Assembly (NCBI GenBank): GCA_022813965.1
Contig: JALDZS010000002.1
Coordinates: forward strand, 186,001 to 250,000
Length of the DNA: 64,000 nt
Source: Toensbergia leucococca
Lineage: Eukaryota
Direction: 5' to 3'
Every line of letters begins with the position of its first letter. Positions within the stretch are counted from its first letter, which is position 1. The notes under the pieces are model-generated. The model ran no database searches and was not told the origin of the DNA. It was given only the letters and a program-made list of their open reading frames with translations. Shown in pieces: positions 40,376 through 52,365 of this stretch. Both the position numbers and the translations under genes were made by a program.

Positions 40376-40568
40376 TGCGTTGTTTCAAGTAAGAGTTGGT
40401 GTGGGTTTGGGGGTTTCGAAGAGGCTTGGGTATCGCTTCTGTGATATGAAGAGACTGAATCACATTATCTTGACCAATAGGTGCCTCCGCAATAACGCTA
40501 TAAGCCTGTATATTCAAATGGTGAATCTCGGCTTGGCTTCGGGATGTGATGTAGAAGCTAGACAAGAA

Positions 40569-41729
40569 TTAGACGTCATCCATCTCACTTTTCCCGTCTC
40601 CTTCCTCCTCCTCGTCCTCCTCCCACCCCTCATCCCCATCTCCCTCTCCATCCCCATCTTCCTCCGGCCCCAACAGCCCCTCCAACTTCCCTAAGATCTC
40701 AAAAACATGCTCCCTCATACCCTCATCCTCCCACCCCTCGGCCTCAATCAGCCTCAAACACCTCCCCATCCACTCCCGACTCCCCTCCATAAACCCCTTC
40801 CTCTCCTCCTCCCCCATCTGGTCTACGATCCCAACCCACCCCTCACCACCTCCATCCCCTCCTCCCAATAGCCACATCCCCCACCCCCCCAAATACCACC
40901 CCTCAACACAGCCCTCCTCCTCCCCTACCACCCCCTCCACAACCTCCACAGCCTCCTCCCCCATCCCCACCTCAACCAACAACCTCGCGCACCCAATCCG
41001 TCCCGCCATCTCCGGCCTCCGCTCATCGCCCGCCTCCAACGCCATCCACAGCTCCAAACTGCGCTTGAGCGCCTCGCGGGCTTCGGGAAAACGCGATTGG
41101 GAGATGCGGATCGAGGCGAGGGTTTGGAGCGGGGTTGGGGAGGTGGGGGAGAGGAGGAGGGCTTCTGTGACGAGGGTTTGGCAGGAGGGTTCGGCGGAGG
41201 GGTGGAGGGGGAGGTCGGTCATCCAGAGCTCGGTTGTGCTGCAGAGGGCTGTGGATAGCTTTTCTCGCAGTGCCTCCCTGTCTTCTTCTTCGGTTGCTTC
41301 TCCGATCTGCCGCCGGAGAATCGCGCATGCTTTTTCGAGATATTGGAGGCTTTCTTCTCCGCCTGTGGGGCTTAGTTGCGCGAGCCAGAGGAATGTTTCG
41401 GCGCCGGAGGAGGGTGAGGTCCCGGTTGGGTCGAGGGTTGAGGCGAGGTGGTAGTAGGTGTAGGCTCCTTCTGGGGAGCCGAGGGCGAGGTGGATGCTGG
41501 CTAGGAGGGTTAGGGCTGGGAGGGTGTTCGTTTCTGGGGGGAGGAATTGGAGAGTTTTGAGTGCGAGGAGGGCGGGGGGAAGGGCGAGGTCGGGGGAGGA
41601 GGCGTGAAGGTGGGCTGTGGCTGTTTCGAGGAGCTGGGTGGGGTCTGGGGCGGTGGGTGTAGGGCGGTGTTTGGGTCGGCGGGGGGTTTGGTGAGTTTTG
41701 GGTTTTGAGGTTGGGCGTGAGGGGGCCAT
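40569..41729 (-). CDS. ACL4: TPR protein, probable assembly chaperone of Rpl4
   Basis: FLWLAQLS..GGEESL, ALCS..ELWMTDL, LQTLASIRISQ, VEGWYLGGW and an acidic tail match the Acl4 family as recalled. Confidence 0.82.
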   Translation of the reverse strand: MAPSRPTSKPKTHQTPRRPKHRPTPTAPDPTQLLETATAHLHASSPDLALPPALLALKTLQFLPPETNTLPALTLLASIHLALGSPEGAYTYYHLASTLDPTGTSPSSGAETFLWLAQLSPTGGEESLQYLEKACAILRRQIGEATEEEDREALREKLSTALCSTTELWMTDLPLHPSAEPSCQTLVTEALLLSPTSPTPLQTLASIRISQSRFPEAREALKRSLELWMALEAGDERRPEMAGRIGCARLLVEVGMGEEAVEVVEGVVGEEEGCVEGWYLGGWGMWLLGGGDGGGEGWVGIVDQMGEEERKGFMEGSREWMGRCLRLIEAEGWEDEGMREHVFEILGKLEGLLGPEEDGDGEGDGDEGWEEDEEEEGDGKSEMDDV

Positions 41730-42983
41730 TGGTATGGTCGTGGAGGTTGAGACTTTTGGGGCGGGTTTTATTTGATCAGGGGTGGATATGCCTTAATTTA
41801 CTGATTCAACCCTCCATTCTTTGTGGCGACGAAAAGTGTCGCCTGTACGGAGTACCTTACTCCTTCTCGCTATCGATAAGGGTTTATGCTAAAAGTAGCC
41901 CTAAATTGTATAGTGACCACTAGTCTGTACGGAGCAGTAACATAATGACTTCTTCATTGTATCATCACACCTTCTATTTATTCATTGCGTAGCAGTCACA
42001 GCTCAACAATGATAGTAAGAGCTAGCAGGATCGACAGCTCCTAACTTGTGATCACCTACCTATGCAGCAAACTGACCTTTAATCATAGGCTAATTGAAGC
42101 GGATTGGCTGTGTAGGTAAGTATTCGATTCATGAATAGCCAATTGATTCAGGTTAGCCTGCCACATAGGTCAGTTTGCCGCATACCTTAGGTGGGTGATC
42201 ACGAAAGAGTATGACGGGATGAGGCTGCCGCTGGCTGATCCACCTGCGGTGCCGCCTACAAAATTTGTCCTCTCTACTGCTTGCAGAAGCCAAGGAAGAC
42301 TGAAGATCTCCACAACAGTACTAGTGATAGCTAGCCACGTTGTCACTGTAGCCAGCGAGGAAGTCCACAAGTTGACAGGCTTTGACATTAATGGAAGCCT
42401 ACTGCATGCAATGACCGGCCTCCTCAATCGCGCCAGATCTATCGACGCATAGGTATATCTATATACATGACTTTGAGAGCTGAGGTATCGCTCCTGATCG
42501 ACTTATGCCCCTACCACCAATTCTATCTACTTTTGGACAGACGCTGTACGGGAAAGAGCACTCTTCTACGTCAAGAACCACAAAACAATCAGTACTCTAT
42601 GGCAGGTTCACAAAATGTCGAAAAACACGTACATTGTTCTCCTCAAAGATTTGTTCATGAGTCACTCTGCTCGAGAATGTTTGGACCGCAGGATCCCCCA
42701 GTGCTAAAACGTTTGAGTATGTGTGGCGCACTAACAGCATGTCGAACAGGTATATGAAGGCTACATGCAGAGGTGATAGAAAATGATAGGATGATAGTTC
42801 TTGTAATTGTCGTGTCCCATAACTTACTGTTGTACAGAGCCCCGCCGGTATTACATTCCCCTCGCATCCAGCACGTACTCAATACGAAAGCAGGCATTCT
42901 TGACAGTAATACCGAGGAATTTTCTTTGATTCCACAAGGAATAAAGAGACGCACTCTCAAGCTACACCACTTAGCACTTCATC

Positions 42984-44957
42984 ATGTCCTTTGGTTTCTC
43001 CCCTAGCGACGTCGCAGCGCTTGTCCAGTTGGCTTTCAAGATGGCACAAAACTCCCGGAAAGCTTGCGGCGAGTATGCTGAGCTTACCCGTGAGGCATCG
43101 AGTCTACATGTTGTCTTGCAACGATTGCAGCAAGAATTTGCCAGATCTGAGAGTCCCATCAATACGCCTGGCGATTCTTGCATAGAAGAGCTAGCATCAA
43201 TCGTCAATGGGTGTAGGAAGCCCTTGAATGTGTTGGACAAGATTTTGGAGAAGTACAACGCTTTGAGTGATCAAGAAAGGAGTGGTCGCAAGCTATGGCC
43301 AAAAGTTCGATTTGGTAACGGGCAGATGGCCGATGTTGGGGACATTCGTTCGAAGATCACGTACTACACTTCAGCTCTCTCTATAATTCTCAACATGGCA
43401 TCTATGGGATCGATTGGCAGAGTGGAGAGACAGATGAATGAGGCTGGAGGTGACCTTAGAGAGATCCGGAATGCTGTCAATGATATCACTGCGCATCTCA
43501 TGGGAGGCGCAAATAGAGAAGAGTCGGTCCTCACAGCTTATGCGGATGATGATGCGGCTATCTGGAAAGAATTCCGAAGAGAGCTTGTGAAAGATGGCTT
43601 CTCAAGTTCTGTGATTAAGGAGCATAAGAACACTATCATGGCATATGTGAAAGAGCTCGGAAGCAGGGGTCTACTAGATGATATTTCAGGCGACGTGGGC
43701 GAGATTTTCGCAGGCGCCGACGATAGTTCAGACAATGTCTTGCCGATCGCAGAATCCATGCCAGGCGCCACTAGCAGAGATAATTTTGTTCTCGGACGGC
43801 GTGCCCCGTCGAAAAGTGGCCAAGATTTATATGACGAGATTCCACTGGGCCACGGGCTGCCACTTCTTCCATCCCGCCGCAAGAACGAACGTGAAATTCC
43901 AAACTCGACACGAAAACATATTACGCCACTCAAAACTTATCATCAGTCACTGGGACGGCCGGTTAGACGGTCTAAGATCGCGCCAGGTGCTGAGAAAATG
44001 ACCACGAACTTCATGGATGGGTCGCACCTGAGCTCCAAACAAACCTCAATTCCTAACACGCTGGCGCTCACTCTAGATGATCAAGCCGATCCAGCTGACA
44101 GGACACGTGAGCTACAAGATGTCATGGGGTTTGGAAACACCCAAATTTCAAAAGAGACCAATCTTCCGCAACAACGATACCGTATTGAGCAAATTATTGA
44201 TAGGAAGGGCACGCTGGAATTGACTGTTGAGATCTTGGATGGACGACCTATGAAGCCGCTGTTTGCGCCATTTGGGTCCCCAACTCGGTTCCCTGATTGG
44301 CCTGGAATATCTCATACGTTCATTGCAAGTTCTTCTACCATCTATTATGTCATCAATGGGATGAATGTATCTTTACATCTTAAACATTTTAAATATAGGG
44401 CGACTCTCCTTTTGACATGCATTGGAGTATGCTCTCTTCTGGCAGATCGTTTCGCCGTATGTGAAAGCGGCGGGGGAGCTAAGACGACAGTTGATGAGGG
44501 CCAAGTTTCTATCCACACCGACCTAGTATCACTGAAGGAGGCGGCTGATAAATGTCTCGAGTTGATGAAAAGAATTCGTGTCTTTCTGAACCGAGATGCT
44601 AGGTATGACATCTATGACGGCTTGTCTGCAACAAAAATTCTGCAGCACACACCGCTCCTGTGTGCGATGTTTCTGGAGGAGGCGGTGAATCAAAAGTGGA
44701 GGTTTGGGGAACTTACACGCTTGTTAAACGACAATGATGTTCTCTGTGATCTTTTACTGAGAATATCTGCAATGAACACATGCTCTGACACGGTCTTAGA
44801 AAATACTATCGATCGCGTTTGGCACAGATTTAGTGAAAGTTTCAAGGACACATCAAAGCTAGAGCTTTCGACGAAGGAAGCCCGCAAGGAGCTGAAACCG
44901 ATAAGCGCCTTCCAAAAATTGCATGACGTACGCATGGATTCTACACCATGGCTTTGA
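42984..44957 (+). CDS. Intronless 657-aa protein with a HeLo-like/fungal STAND N-terminal domain and an unrecognised C-terminal domain
   Basis: MSFGFSPSDVAALVQLA...ACGEYAELTREASSLHVVLQRL...C...L..L..ILEKY N-terminus; DDDAAIWKEFRRELVKDGFSS segment; no P-loop found. Confidence 0.75.
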   Translation: MSFGFSPSDVAALVQLAFKMAQNSRKACGEYAELTREASSLHVVLQRLQQEFARSESPINTPGDSCIEELASIVNGCRKPLNVLDKILEKYNALSDQERSGRKLWPKVRFGNGQMADVGDIRSKITYYTSALSIILNMASMGSIGRVERQMNEAGGDLREIRNAVNDITAHLMGGANREESVLTAYADDDAAIWKEFRRELVKDGFSSSVIKEHKNTIMAYVKELGSRGLLDDISGDVGEIFAGADDSSDNVLPIAESMPGATSRDNFVLGRRAPSKSGQDLYDEIPLGHGLPLLPSRRKNEREIPNSTRKHITPLKTYHQSLGRPVRRSKIAPGAEKMTTNFMDGSHLSSKQTSIPNTLALTLDDQADPADRTRELQDVMGFGNTQISKETNLPQQRYRIEQIIDRKGTLELTVEILDGRPMKPLFAPFGSPTRFPDWPGISHTFIASSSTIYYVINGMNVSLHLKHFKYRATLLLTCIGVCSLLADRFAVCESGGGAKTTVDEGQVSIHTDLVSLKEAADKCLELMKRIRVFLNRDARYDIYDGLSATKILQHTPLLCAMFLEEAVNQKWRFGELTRLLNDNDVLCDLLLRISAMNTCSDTVLENTIDRVWHRFSESFKDTSKLELSTKEARKELKPISAFQKLHDVRMDSTPWL

Positions 44958-46100
44958 GTCTCAGTGTAGTGATTTCATAATGAAAACACACGTTCATGAG
45001 CAGAGTAGAGAACAGAATTATAGAATACTGAGCGACGGAATCATGGACAAGGTCAACAATTTTGTCAAACCTAACGATGCGCCGCTTGGATAGATGAGGG
45101 ATTTTGCCAATTTGGGATGAAACTTTTAACCGCAGTTTGTTAGACTGCACGCAGCTAGGTGGCTTATATACTAGATGATACGGTACTGGAGGAGGATGAC
45201 GACCCAAAAGAGAAGCTGGAGAAGCTTTTTGACGTGGATACGGTTCTGAAGGAAGACGACGAGGAGGAGGAGGAGGAGGAGTAAGGGCTTTTTGACGCGA
45301 GGCCATTCGCTCCACTGTAGAATATCCTCTACCATCTCTTCTGGCATTCTTACTCAATACATCAGAGATTTGTTGGTATCAGACGAAGCAGTTGCACTCC
45401 TTGCTTTCTTCATATCCTGCAGCAAAAAAAGAGCCTACGCCAGGCTACTTATTCATTTCTGCTTCGAAATCTACTTCAGCATCACCATCATCAAGCTTTC
45501 TCTCTAAATTCAGCATTTATCCCTCAATAATGTATCTCATCAATGCTTACAATGCTCAAAATGCTTCTAGAGAATTTAATTTGATTGTCCGGAATTAATC
45601 ACCGATCCGTAAATAACTAGGTTATTTTAACCAAATCATCCCCTTTAAATACATTGACACCTTTCTGATTAAAAAAAACATGATTATTTTGAAGAAGCAT
45701 TGTTCTGTCCTTTCAAAAACCTCCTCTACTCAAATAAAACCTCACATCTCACTTGAACAGAAATAAACATCTCTCATCACACCCTCCTCCGCACCAGACC
45801 TCACCTCATCTTTCCGAAACACACACCCCCTTTTCTCACATCCCTCAAACAACAAACTATCAATATATCTACACTCAAAAAGAATACATTCTCATATATT
45901 TCTCACCCTCAATCTCACTTCAGTAAACACTCTTCAGAGATCTTACCCTCATTCTCATTCTCACTCTTCTCACACTTTCCTCATTATTTTTCACACTCTC
46001 TCTTCTTTCTCATTCTCATCCTCACCTCCATCCCTCCCTCAATAAAACCCCTCAAAAAAATCCTACATCTCAAAACCTCAACACCCCTCTCAGATATAAA
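44941..46100 (-). pseudogene. Decayed gene: Pro-rich 3' part still open, upstream part AT-rich and CpG-poor
   Basis: ORF 44941-45357 has no ATG; upstream sequence (45480-46100) is G-poor on the + strand and rich in TCA/CTC. Confidence 0.4.
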
Positions 46101-46124
46101 GCTTCAGTTCTGAATCCTCCCCGT

Positions 46125-46294
46125 GAGATGACGATGGGATGAGATGAGATGAGATGAGAAGAAGGGGTGAGACGTGGGTTTGATGGGTTTGAGGCTTCTT
46201 TGAATGAATGAAATCAAAGGTTTGAGGTTGAGAGATTGAGAGATTAAAGTCATTGACTCAAATGAAAAGAGAGAAAAGAAAAGAAAAGAAAAGA
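46125..46294. repeat. (GAGAT)n and (GAAAA)n pentanucleotide microsatellites
   Basis: gagatgagatgagatgag at about 46141-46158; gaaaa x4 at about 46273-46293. Confidence 0.8.
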
Positions 46295-46879
46295 ACCCAA
46301 AAAAACACCAACCCCTTCAATCCCCAGACACCAGCATTGCACCAGCATTGACGCAAGCCCCACGATCTTCAAACCCCCACCAAACCCCACAACCCCCCCC
46401 CCCCCCAACCTCATTCATCGCCCAATATCCAACGAGCCAGCGTAAGTACCCATACCCTCTCAGTACCCTACCCTCAGCACCATCCCCAAGAAAACGAGCA
46501 AAATACAACACAAAACCACCAAAAACACACAACCTCCACCACTCCCGCAATTACAGACTTCGGTTCCTTCCTTCCGGCTCTCCAGGGCCAATCAACTCAG
46601 AATAATCAATTGCAAGAAAAAAGCCCCCGCCCCACCTTCCCCCCCAAAAAAACTCGAATGATAATAGTAGTAAAATATCCTACCCTACCCTACCTACAAT
46701 ACCAAACCCACCAAGGTTCCCCACCCCCCTTCCCCCAGAAAGAAAAAAAAAACCGGCCTCCAAAAAAACAAAACCTCCAGCTCCAAACCCCCCAAACTCA
46801 AAAACCCCCCATCAAAATAAACGCCTCCTAACCACACTTCCTCGCCCGGTCCCCTCCCAAAAACCATTCTTACAAAACT

Positions 46880-49800
46880 TCAAGAAGCATCATTAACAAT
46901 ATCCCTCAAAACAGGCCTACTCCCAACCAACTTCCTCGCATCCACCCTCCCCACCGTCCCCGGCACCCTCAACCCCTTCCCCTTCTCCACCCCAACCTCC
47001 AACTTCTTCTTCTTCTTCTCCCCCCCCTCAATAGCAACAACAGCAGCACCCACATTCCCAGACCCACCGCCATCCATCCCCGTAAGCTGTGTCATCACCC
47101 CCTCCTCAAACAAATGCATGCCCATAGCCCGGCTCGGCAAATCATACCTCCAGCCCCTCCCATCCATCAAGCCCACAAATTTCTCTAGCAGCTCATTCCC
47201 CTCAAGCGTCTTCCGACTGCCCAAAACCAGCAACTTTGTCCGCGCCCGCGTAAACGACACGTTCACCCGCCGCCAATCCTTGAGTAATTCACCGACATTG
47301 CCCGTCTCGTTGCTGCGCACACAGCTTAAAATCACGACCTCTTTGTCTCGGCCTTGGAACTTGTCTGCTGTGTGCATCTCCACCCCGATCCGGTGGCGGA
47401 GATTCTGTTTTATGAGCGCGAGTTGCGAGCGATAGAGCGTGATGACGCCAATGTCTGTTGAGGGTACACCGGTGGTGAGGAGCGCTTCAACGAGTTGCAT
47501 GCAGAGGGTGGCTTCGCATGGATTTACGATTCGGGAGCCGCCACCTTCTGCCTCGCGAGAGAGGGGTAGTAAAGGGTCAGTATTGACGAAGCAGGCCTTT
47601 ACCGAGGGGTCGAGTAGGTCTCGGAGCCAGCATGATCCTCTGGTTGGAGTGAGGCATACGGACTTCTGGGATAAAGAAAAAATGGATTGAGGGGTGTGGT
47701 GGTGTTGCTTCAAGGCGCTCATGTTTGGAATTTCGATCGAACGACTGGCGACAGCTTGAGTACCGCATTTTAGGCGGCCGTCATAAATGAGAGTATTACT
47801 AAGGCTCATGATTTCTTTGTTCATACGGTATTGGTGCTCAAGGTAAACGACGGAGGAAGAATGCTGATCGGAGAGCAGTTTGAAAAGGCTGATATCTAGA
47901 CCACCTTCTTGGGCTTCCTTATTTTGGACCAAAGGAGGGAGCTGGTAATGGTCGCCGACAAGGATAAATGTCTTTGCCATGCGAATCGGACCAAGGCATA
48001 CAGGTAGCGTGATTTGTGATGCTTCGTCGACGATGCAGTAGTCAAAGACGCGCTGGCTGAAGATTGGGTGATTAATTCCAAGACATGTAGTTGCAACTAC
48101 CGGCTGGCTGTATGACCTCTTTATTTCTTCGACGGTTTTCATTTGCACCCCGGCGAGATCTGCGAATTCCTGGACTTCAGGATGTACCTTTGCTATGGCT
48201 CCAATCCGGAAAACACCAATTCCATCATCTCGTATTTTCAATAGGATATTATCCACCGCCGTATGAGTGTAAGATGTGAGCAGAACACTCTTGCCTTGGG
48301 CTACTAGGGCACGGATTATATGAGCAATAGTAGTGGTCTTGCCTGTACCAGGCATACCGAGCACAAGAGCGTAATCTTTGGCGCTCATTACCTTTTCGAT
48401 AGCGCACTTCTGATCAACGTTGAGATTGGCTTGGCTAACAGATTCGGCAGCCTCATATGTAGCAGAGTAGGGCCTGAATTCAGGGGCAACACCTTCGATG
48501 ACAAGTTTTCGAAGGCTCGATGCACCGAAAAGATCTTTTTCCATGACACGGATAAGGTTGTTGCGGACTGTTGCCATCCCGTTGCTGAACTCATCTTTGT
48601 CAAGACGATACAGAACCGGTGCTTCGGGCTGTGTTGGGACTGAGGTCTTTTGACAAGTTCCGTCCTCAACAATCTCCATAATGCCAGAGAAAACCTGATT
48701 CGACTCGGCATCAAATTTCTTAGCCTTGACTCGAGCATTATGCAGCCGACGGTCGACAGCAACAGTAATCCTTTGTTTTTGAACATGAGTGACATATCCG
48801 TTAGCAAGAGCAAAATGACCTTTCTCATCAGATATTACAATGGGTTCACCAAGAGTTATCTGTGACTCGATAAATGAGAAGCCAGATGCCACCTTTTGCT
48901 TTATAAAGGTGTAACGAAAGCGATTAATCTTAGGTGCATTCTCCAGCTCCTGGGCAGACGCTGGCTCTATGATCAAATTTCCGAAGCATCTGCCAACTTT
49001 CTCACGCTCAGAGCTCTCCATCGTCCATAACTCTCTGCGAAATTTGGCAATATCTTTTTCCTCTTTAGTCAATAAATCATCCCACTTGCGGAAGAAATCT
49101 TGGTGGACGGGCTTTAGATGCTTTACCACTTCGTCAAACTTCTCTCCCACGCCGCTGGTGGTCCCAGTACCATCGTCGATAAACTTGTGGTACACAAAGC
49201 AAGGCGTCTTTGCATAACATCTGCCGCAAAGATGAGGGTTCTTAAGCATCGGCGGAAGCTCAAGGCGGTGACGAACATAGCATGCCAATTCATTACGCTG
49301 CATTATCATGTGTATCAATTCATGCCGTATTGAAGGCAGGCGCGAGATCTCCGAGGTTTCCATGTAGTATAGGATACCGTAGGCAATTTGAACGTCTGTT
49401 TCGTATCGTGCGTTAGTGTAGTCGGGAGAAAGGAATTACTGGCACGAACCGTATCGATCAGAAAGCAAAAGTGTGTATAGGGAAGTTTGCGCCTTGTGCG
49501 ATGCGTTCTGACTTCTACCAGTCTTCACCTCCAAGGGCACAGTCAGAGTCTTCTCGTCATTGCCGTCCTTCATCAGCACCTGAACAGTTGCATCAATATT
49601 GCCCTTCAACCCATACATAGGCGACCAAATGTGTTCCTCAACGTCTAGCAACTTATTGACACTCATGAGTGCTTGGGCTCCATTTCTGTCCTTGACAATG
49701 GCATTCGACTATGAGGAAGTCAGATATTTCATTAGATCTTTGGGAATCGTGAGACTTTACCTTCGGCCGTACCCTAACAAATATCTCTGCCCATGCCTGT

Positions 49801-52258
49801 AGTTCTTTGACTTTGGTCTTGAGATGCTCAATTGCTCGCACATATTCTATATTTATTTCAAAAAGCTGTTCGAGAAAACGTAGTGCAATGATATCAATCG
49901 TTGCAGTCAGCCATTCCGTATCCCACCTATTGGCTCTCATGGTCTCCTGAAATATCTCGTGTAGCATAGAACCATAGATAGTAGGTTCGCAGGCCTCTCC
50001 AGTAGACTTGACACGATCCTGTAGAACAGCCCTACGAGTGCAGGAGAACGAGTCTGCTACAACGGTAGCTGATAGAAGATGGTCAGGATGGAGTATAAGC
50101 ATATTATGGTGATCATCAATAATACATTGGCCAGCCTTGTTAAATTCTCCAATCAGATGGATATATGATCCGGGGGAGCACGGACTGTCAAACCAAGAAT
50201 TTCGGAGTGTAATGGCCTTCCTGAGCTTCGATTTTTCGTCTTGTACAAGTAACACCTTCAAATTTTAGTATCCAAGGTGGAACTTCTTGACAACGAGCGT
50301 CGTACCTTTTCGAGTTGTTTGTACCCTTTCTCGGTCTCGTATTGTTCCTCAACAACTGTCATAATCAAATACCGTTGGATAGTCGAGAATTTTCTGTCGT
50401 TCTTGTTATTTCTTAGTAAGCTATGTGAATGGAGTCAAGTATAAAAGTACGTACATTTGAATACGAAAACGTCGCTGGCTTTTGCTTCTGGCTAGTACTT
50501 GTGCATTCCATTTCAATCTGGCCAAAGTCAAGATCATCGGCGAACTCATCGTCAGATGAGAGCTCAACGACGTCCTTATTTTGCATCTTTGAAGGCGACT
50601 GAGGCGCAACTCCCTCGAGAACTTTCGCACTCGAAGGTGTTTGCAGATTAACAGCATTTCCTTCGATACTATGAGCCTCGCTGACGCTCGAACCTTGCCG
50701 TAGTGGCTGTGTATCGTACAAAGAAACAAGGTCTTCTAGATCAGCTGCGAAGAGATCGCTATCGCTTTCATCGAACTCATCAAGATTAGAAATAGCTCTG
50801 TGCTTTGGTGGCTTACGAATGACAGTGTCATCATCGTTGTGTATCCTGCTAGACTCCTTGTTCTTTTCATCGAGCGTAAGTTTCTCCTGCTGGATTATTC
50901 GCTCTACGGGCGTGTCTCTTGTGATTGACAAATGACGTTCGAAGTCGCCACCTGCTGCTTGTCCAGCATCTGGAATTCTAGCAGCACCCTCAGTTCGTAA
51001 GCTGGCTTCCATCCTTTCATCGACTGCGTTCAGCATTTCAATGTCGAATTCGTCGTCATCAAAGTCTGATGGAGAACTGTCTAACTCAAGGTTTTGATTC
51101 GCCATGTTTGAGTGACTCAGTTCCCTTTTCAGAGGAGAAGCAGAAATGTCCTGGAAAATGTCACCGGTATCTGGAAGAGGCGATGAGCTCGATGGGCCAA
51201 GCAAGGCTTTATTCCGAAGTGGCTTTGCAAGTCCATCATGTATCTTTTCCACTAGAATGCTCACTCTGGATAACTTTGAGCTTCGCTGCCCAAGATGTCC
51301 TTCCGCATTGGCTTCAAAGCCATCATACACCTCGTTGAGATTGCTACCTCTGAGGAATTTCCGCCTCTTGCCTGCCGAGGTTGGCCACTCCATGTCACAA
51401 CTTATTGATCTCTTCAGGCCACCGCTGCCTTTACCAAAGATATGGTTTGCTGGCGTTTGTGGCGATGATGAAGTTATTAGATGCATAGGACTCAATTCCG
51501 TAGACCCTAGCTTATCGTTCCGGTTCAAAGAATAGCGACTCCAAAGGTCACCTGCAGGGTCCGCTTGGGGTGTTCTCAGGGACTGTGGGGACATCTGAGG
51601 CTCGAAAGGCGGGTTATTTAAAGGGAAGTGGTTTAACACCTCGTGCTGTGAGGAAGAAGCTGAAGGTGAGCTTTGTGTTCTCTTGTGATTCCGTCGTACG
51701 GCAGGTATGGCCAGCAAACTTGCATGATCGGAGCTGTGAGGAGAGTGGTTCCATAGAACCCGCTCCATAGGTGTTAGGCGGAGACTCTGACTGTTGCTGT
51801 CGTCGGCATTCGCAATAAGCTCAGCCAATGGAAGCCTACCAATCGGCGTTTGAGGACAGCCCCTTTGGATAGACGTCTGCGAGGTGGGGTGGACATTCTG
51901 CTGGGACTGCGAAGGGGTGCGTTTGTCCTCAACGTAGGGTGGGAGATTGTTTTCTTTACCAGACTCGATGACATCCAATATAGGTCGATTACCGATAGGG
52001 TCCTTCACTTTCTGCTCGAATTGAAAAGCCTGGAGCTTTGCTTTTGACTGTGATGATGCGGCGAATGCGGGTAAAGACATATCAGGCTTGATATACTGAT
52101 CGGAAGGGCGAGTGGCATGTTTAGGCTTTTGCGACTTGTACCAGGGTGGAGGAGGCTTATCTTTCTGCTATGCTTGTCAAAGGCTGTGTTTCCTCAGAAG
52201 TATAGGAATTGCATACCTTTGGATTCTGGTCGAAGAAAGACTTCTGCCGATTGGCCAT
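46880..52258 (-). CDS. DNA2: DNA replication helicase/nuclease Dna2
   Basis: SATVVADSFSCTRRAVL, DVEEHIWSPMYGLKGNIDAT, LEVKTG, Fe-S CGRCYAKTPC, Walker A GMPGTGKT, DEASQ, GDHYQLPP, DKFQGRDK; first exon MANRQKSFFDQNPK. Confidence 0.97.
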
Positions 52259-52294
52259 TATTATGACCAAAGTGGGGCGCTCAATCTGTTGATA

Positions 52295-52365
52295 TCGTCG
52301 CGTCCAGCTTCGCGTGCTTGCCTCCCGCCGACGCGACTAGAATCGGAGTATCCGTACTCCGTACT
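52295..52365. promoter_or_regulatory. Cluster of three CGCG-core (MCB-like) elements plus TACTCCGTA upstream of DNA2
   Basis: tcgcgtc (about 52298), tcgcgtg (about 52310) and acgcga (52331) lie within 80 bp of the ATG of an S-phase gene. Confidence 0.5.
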
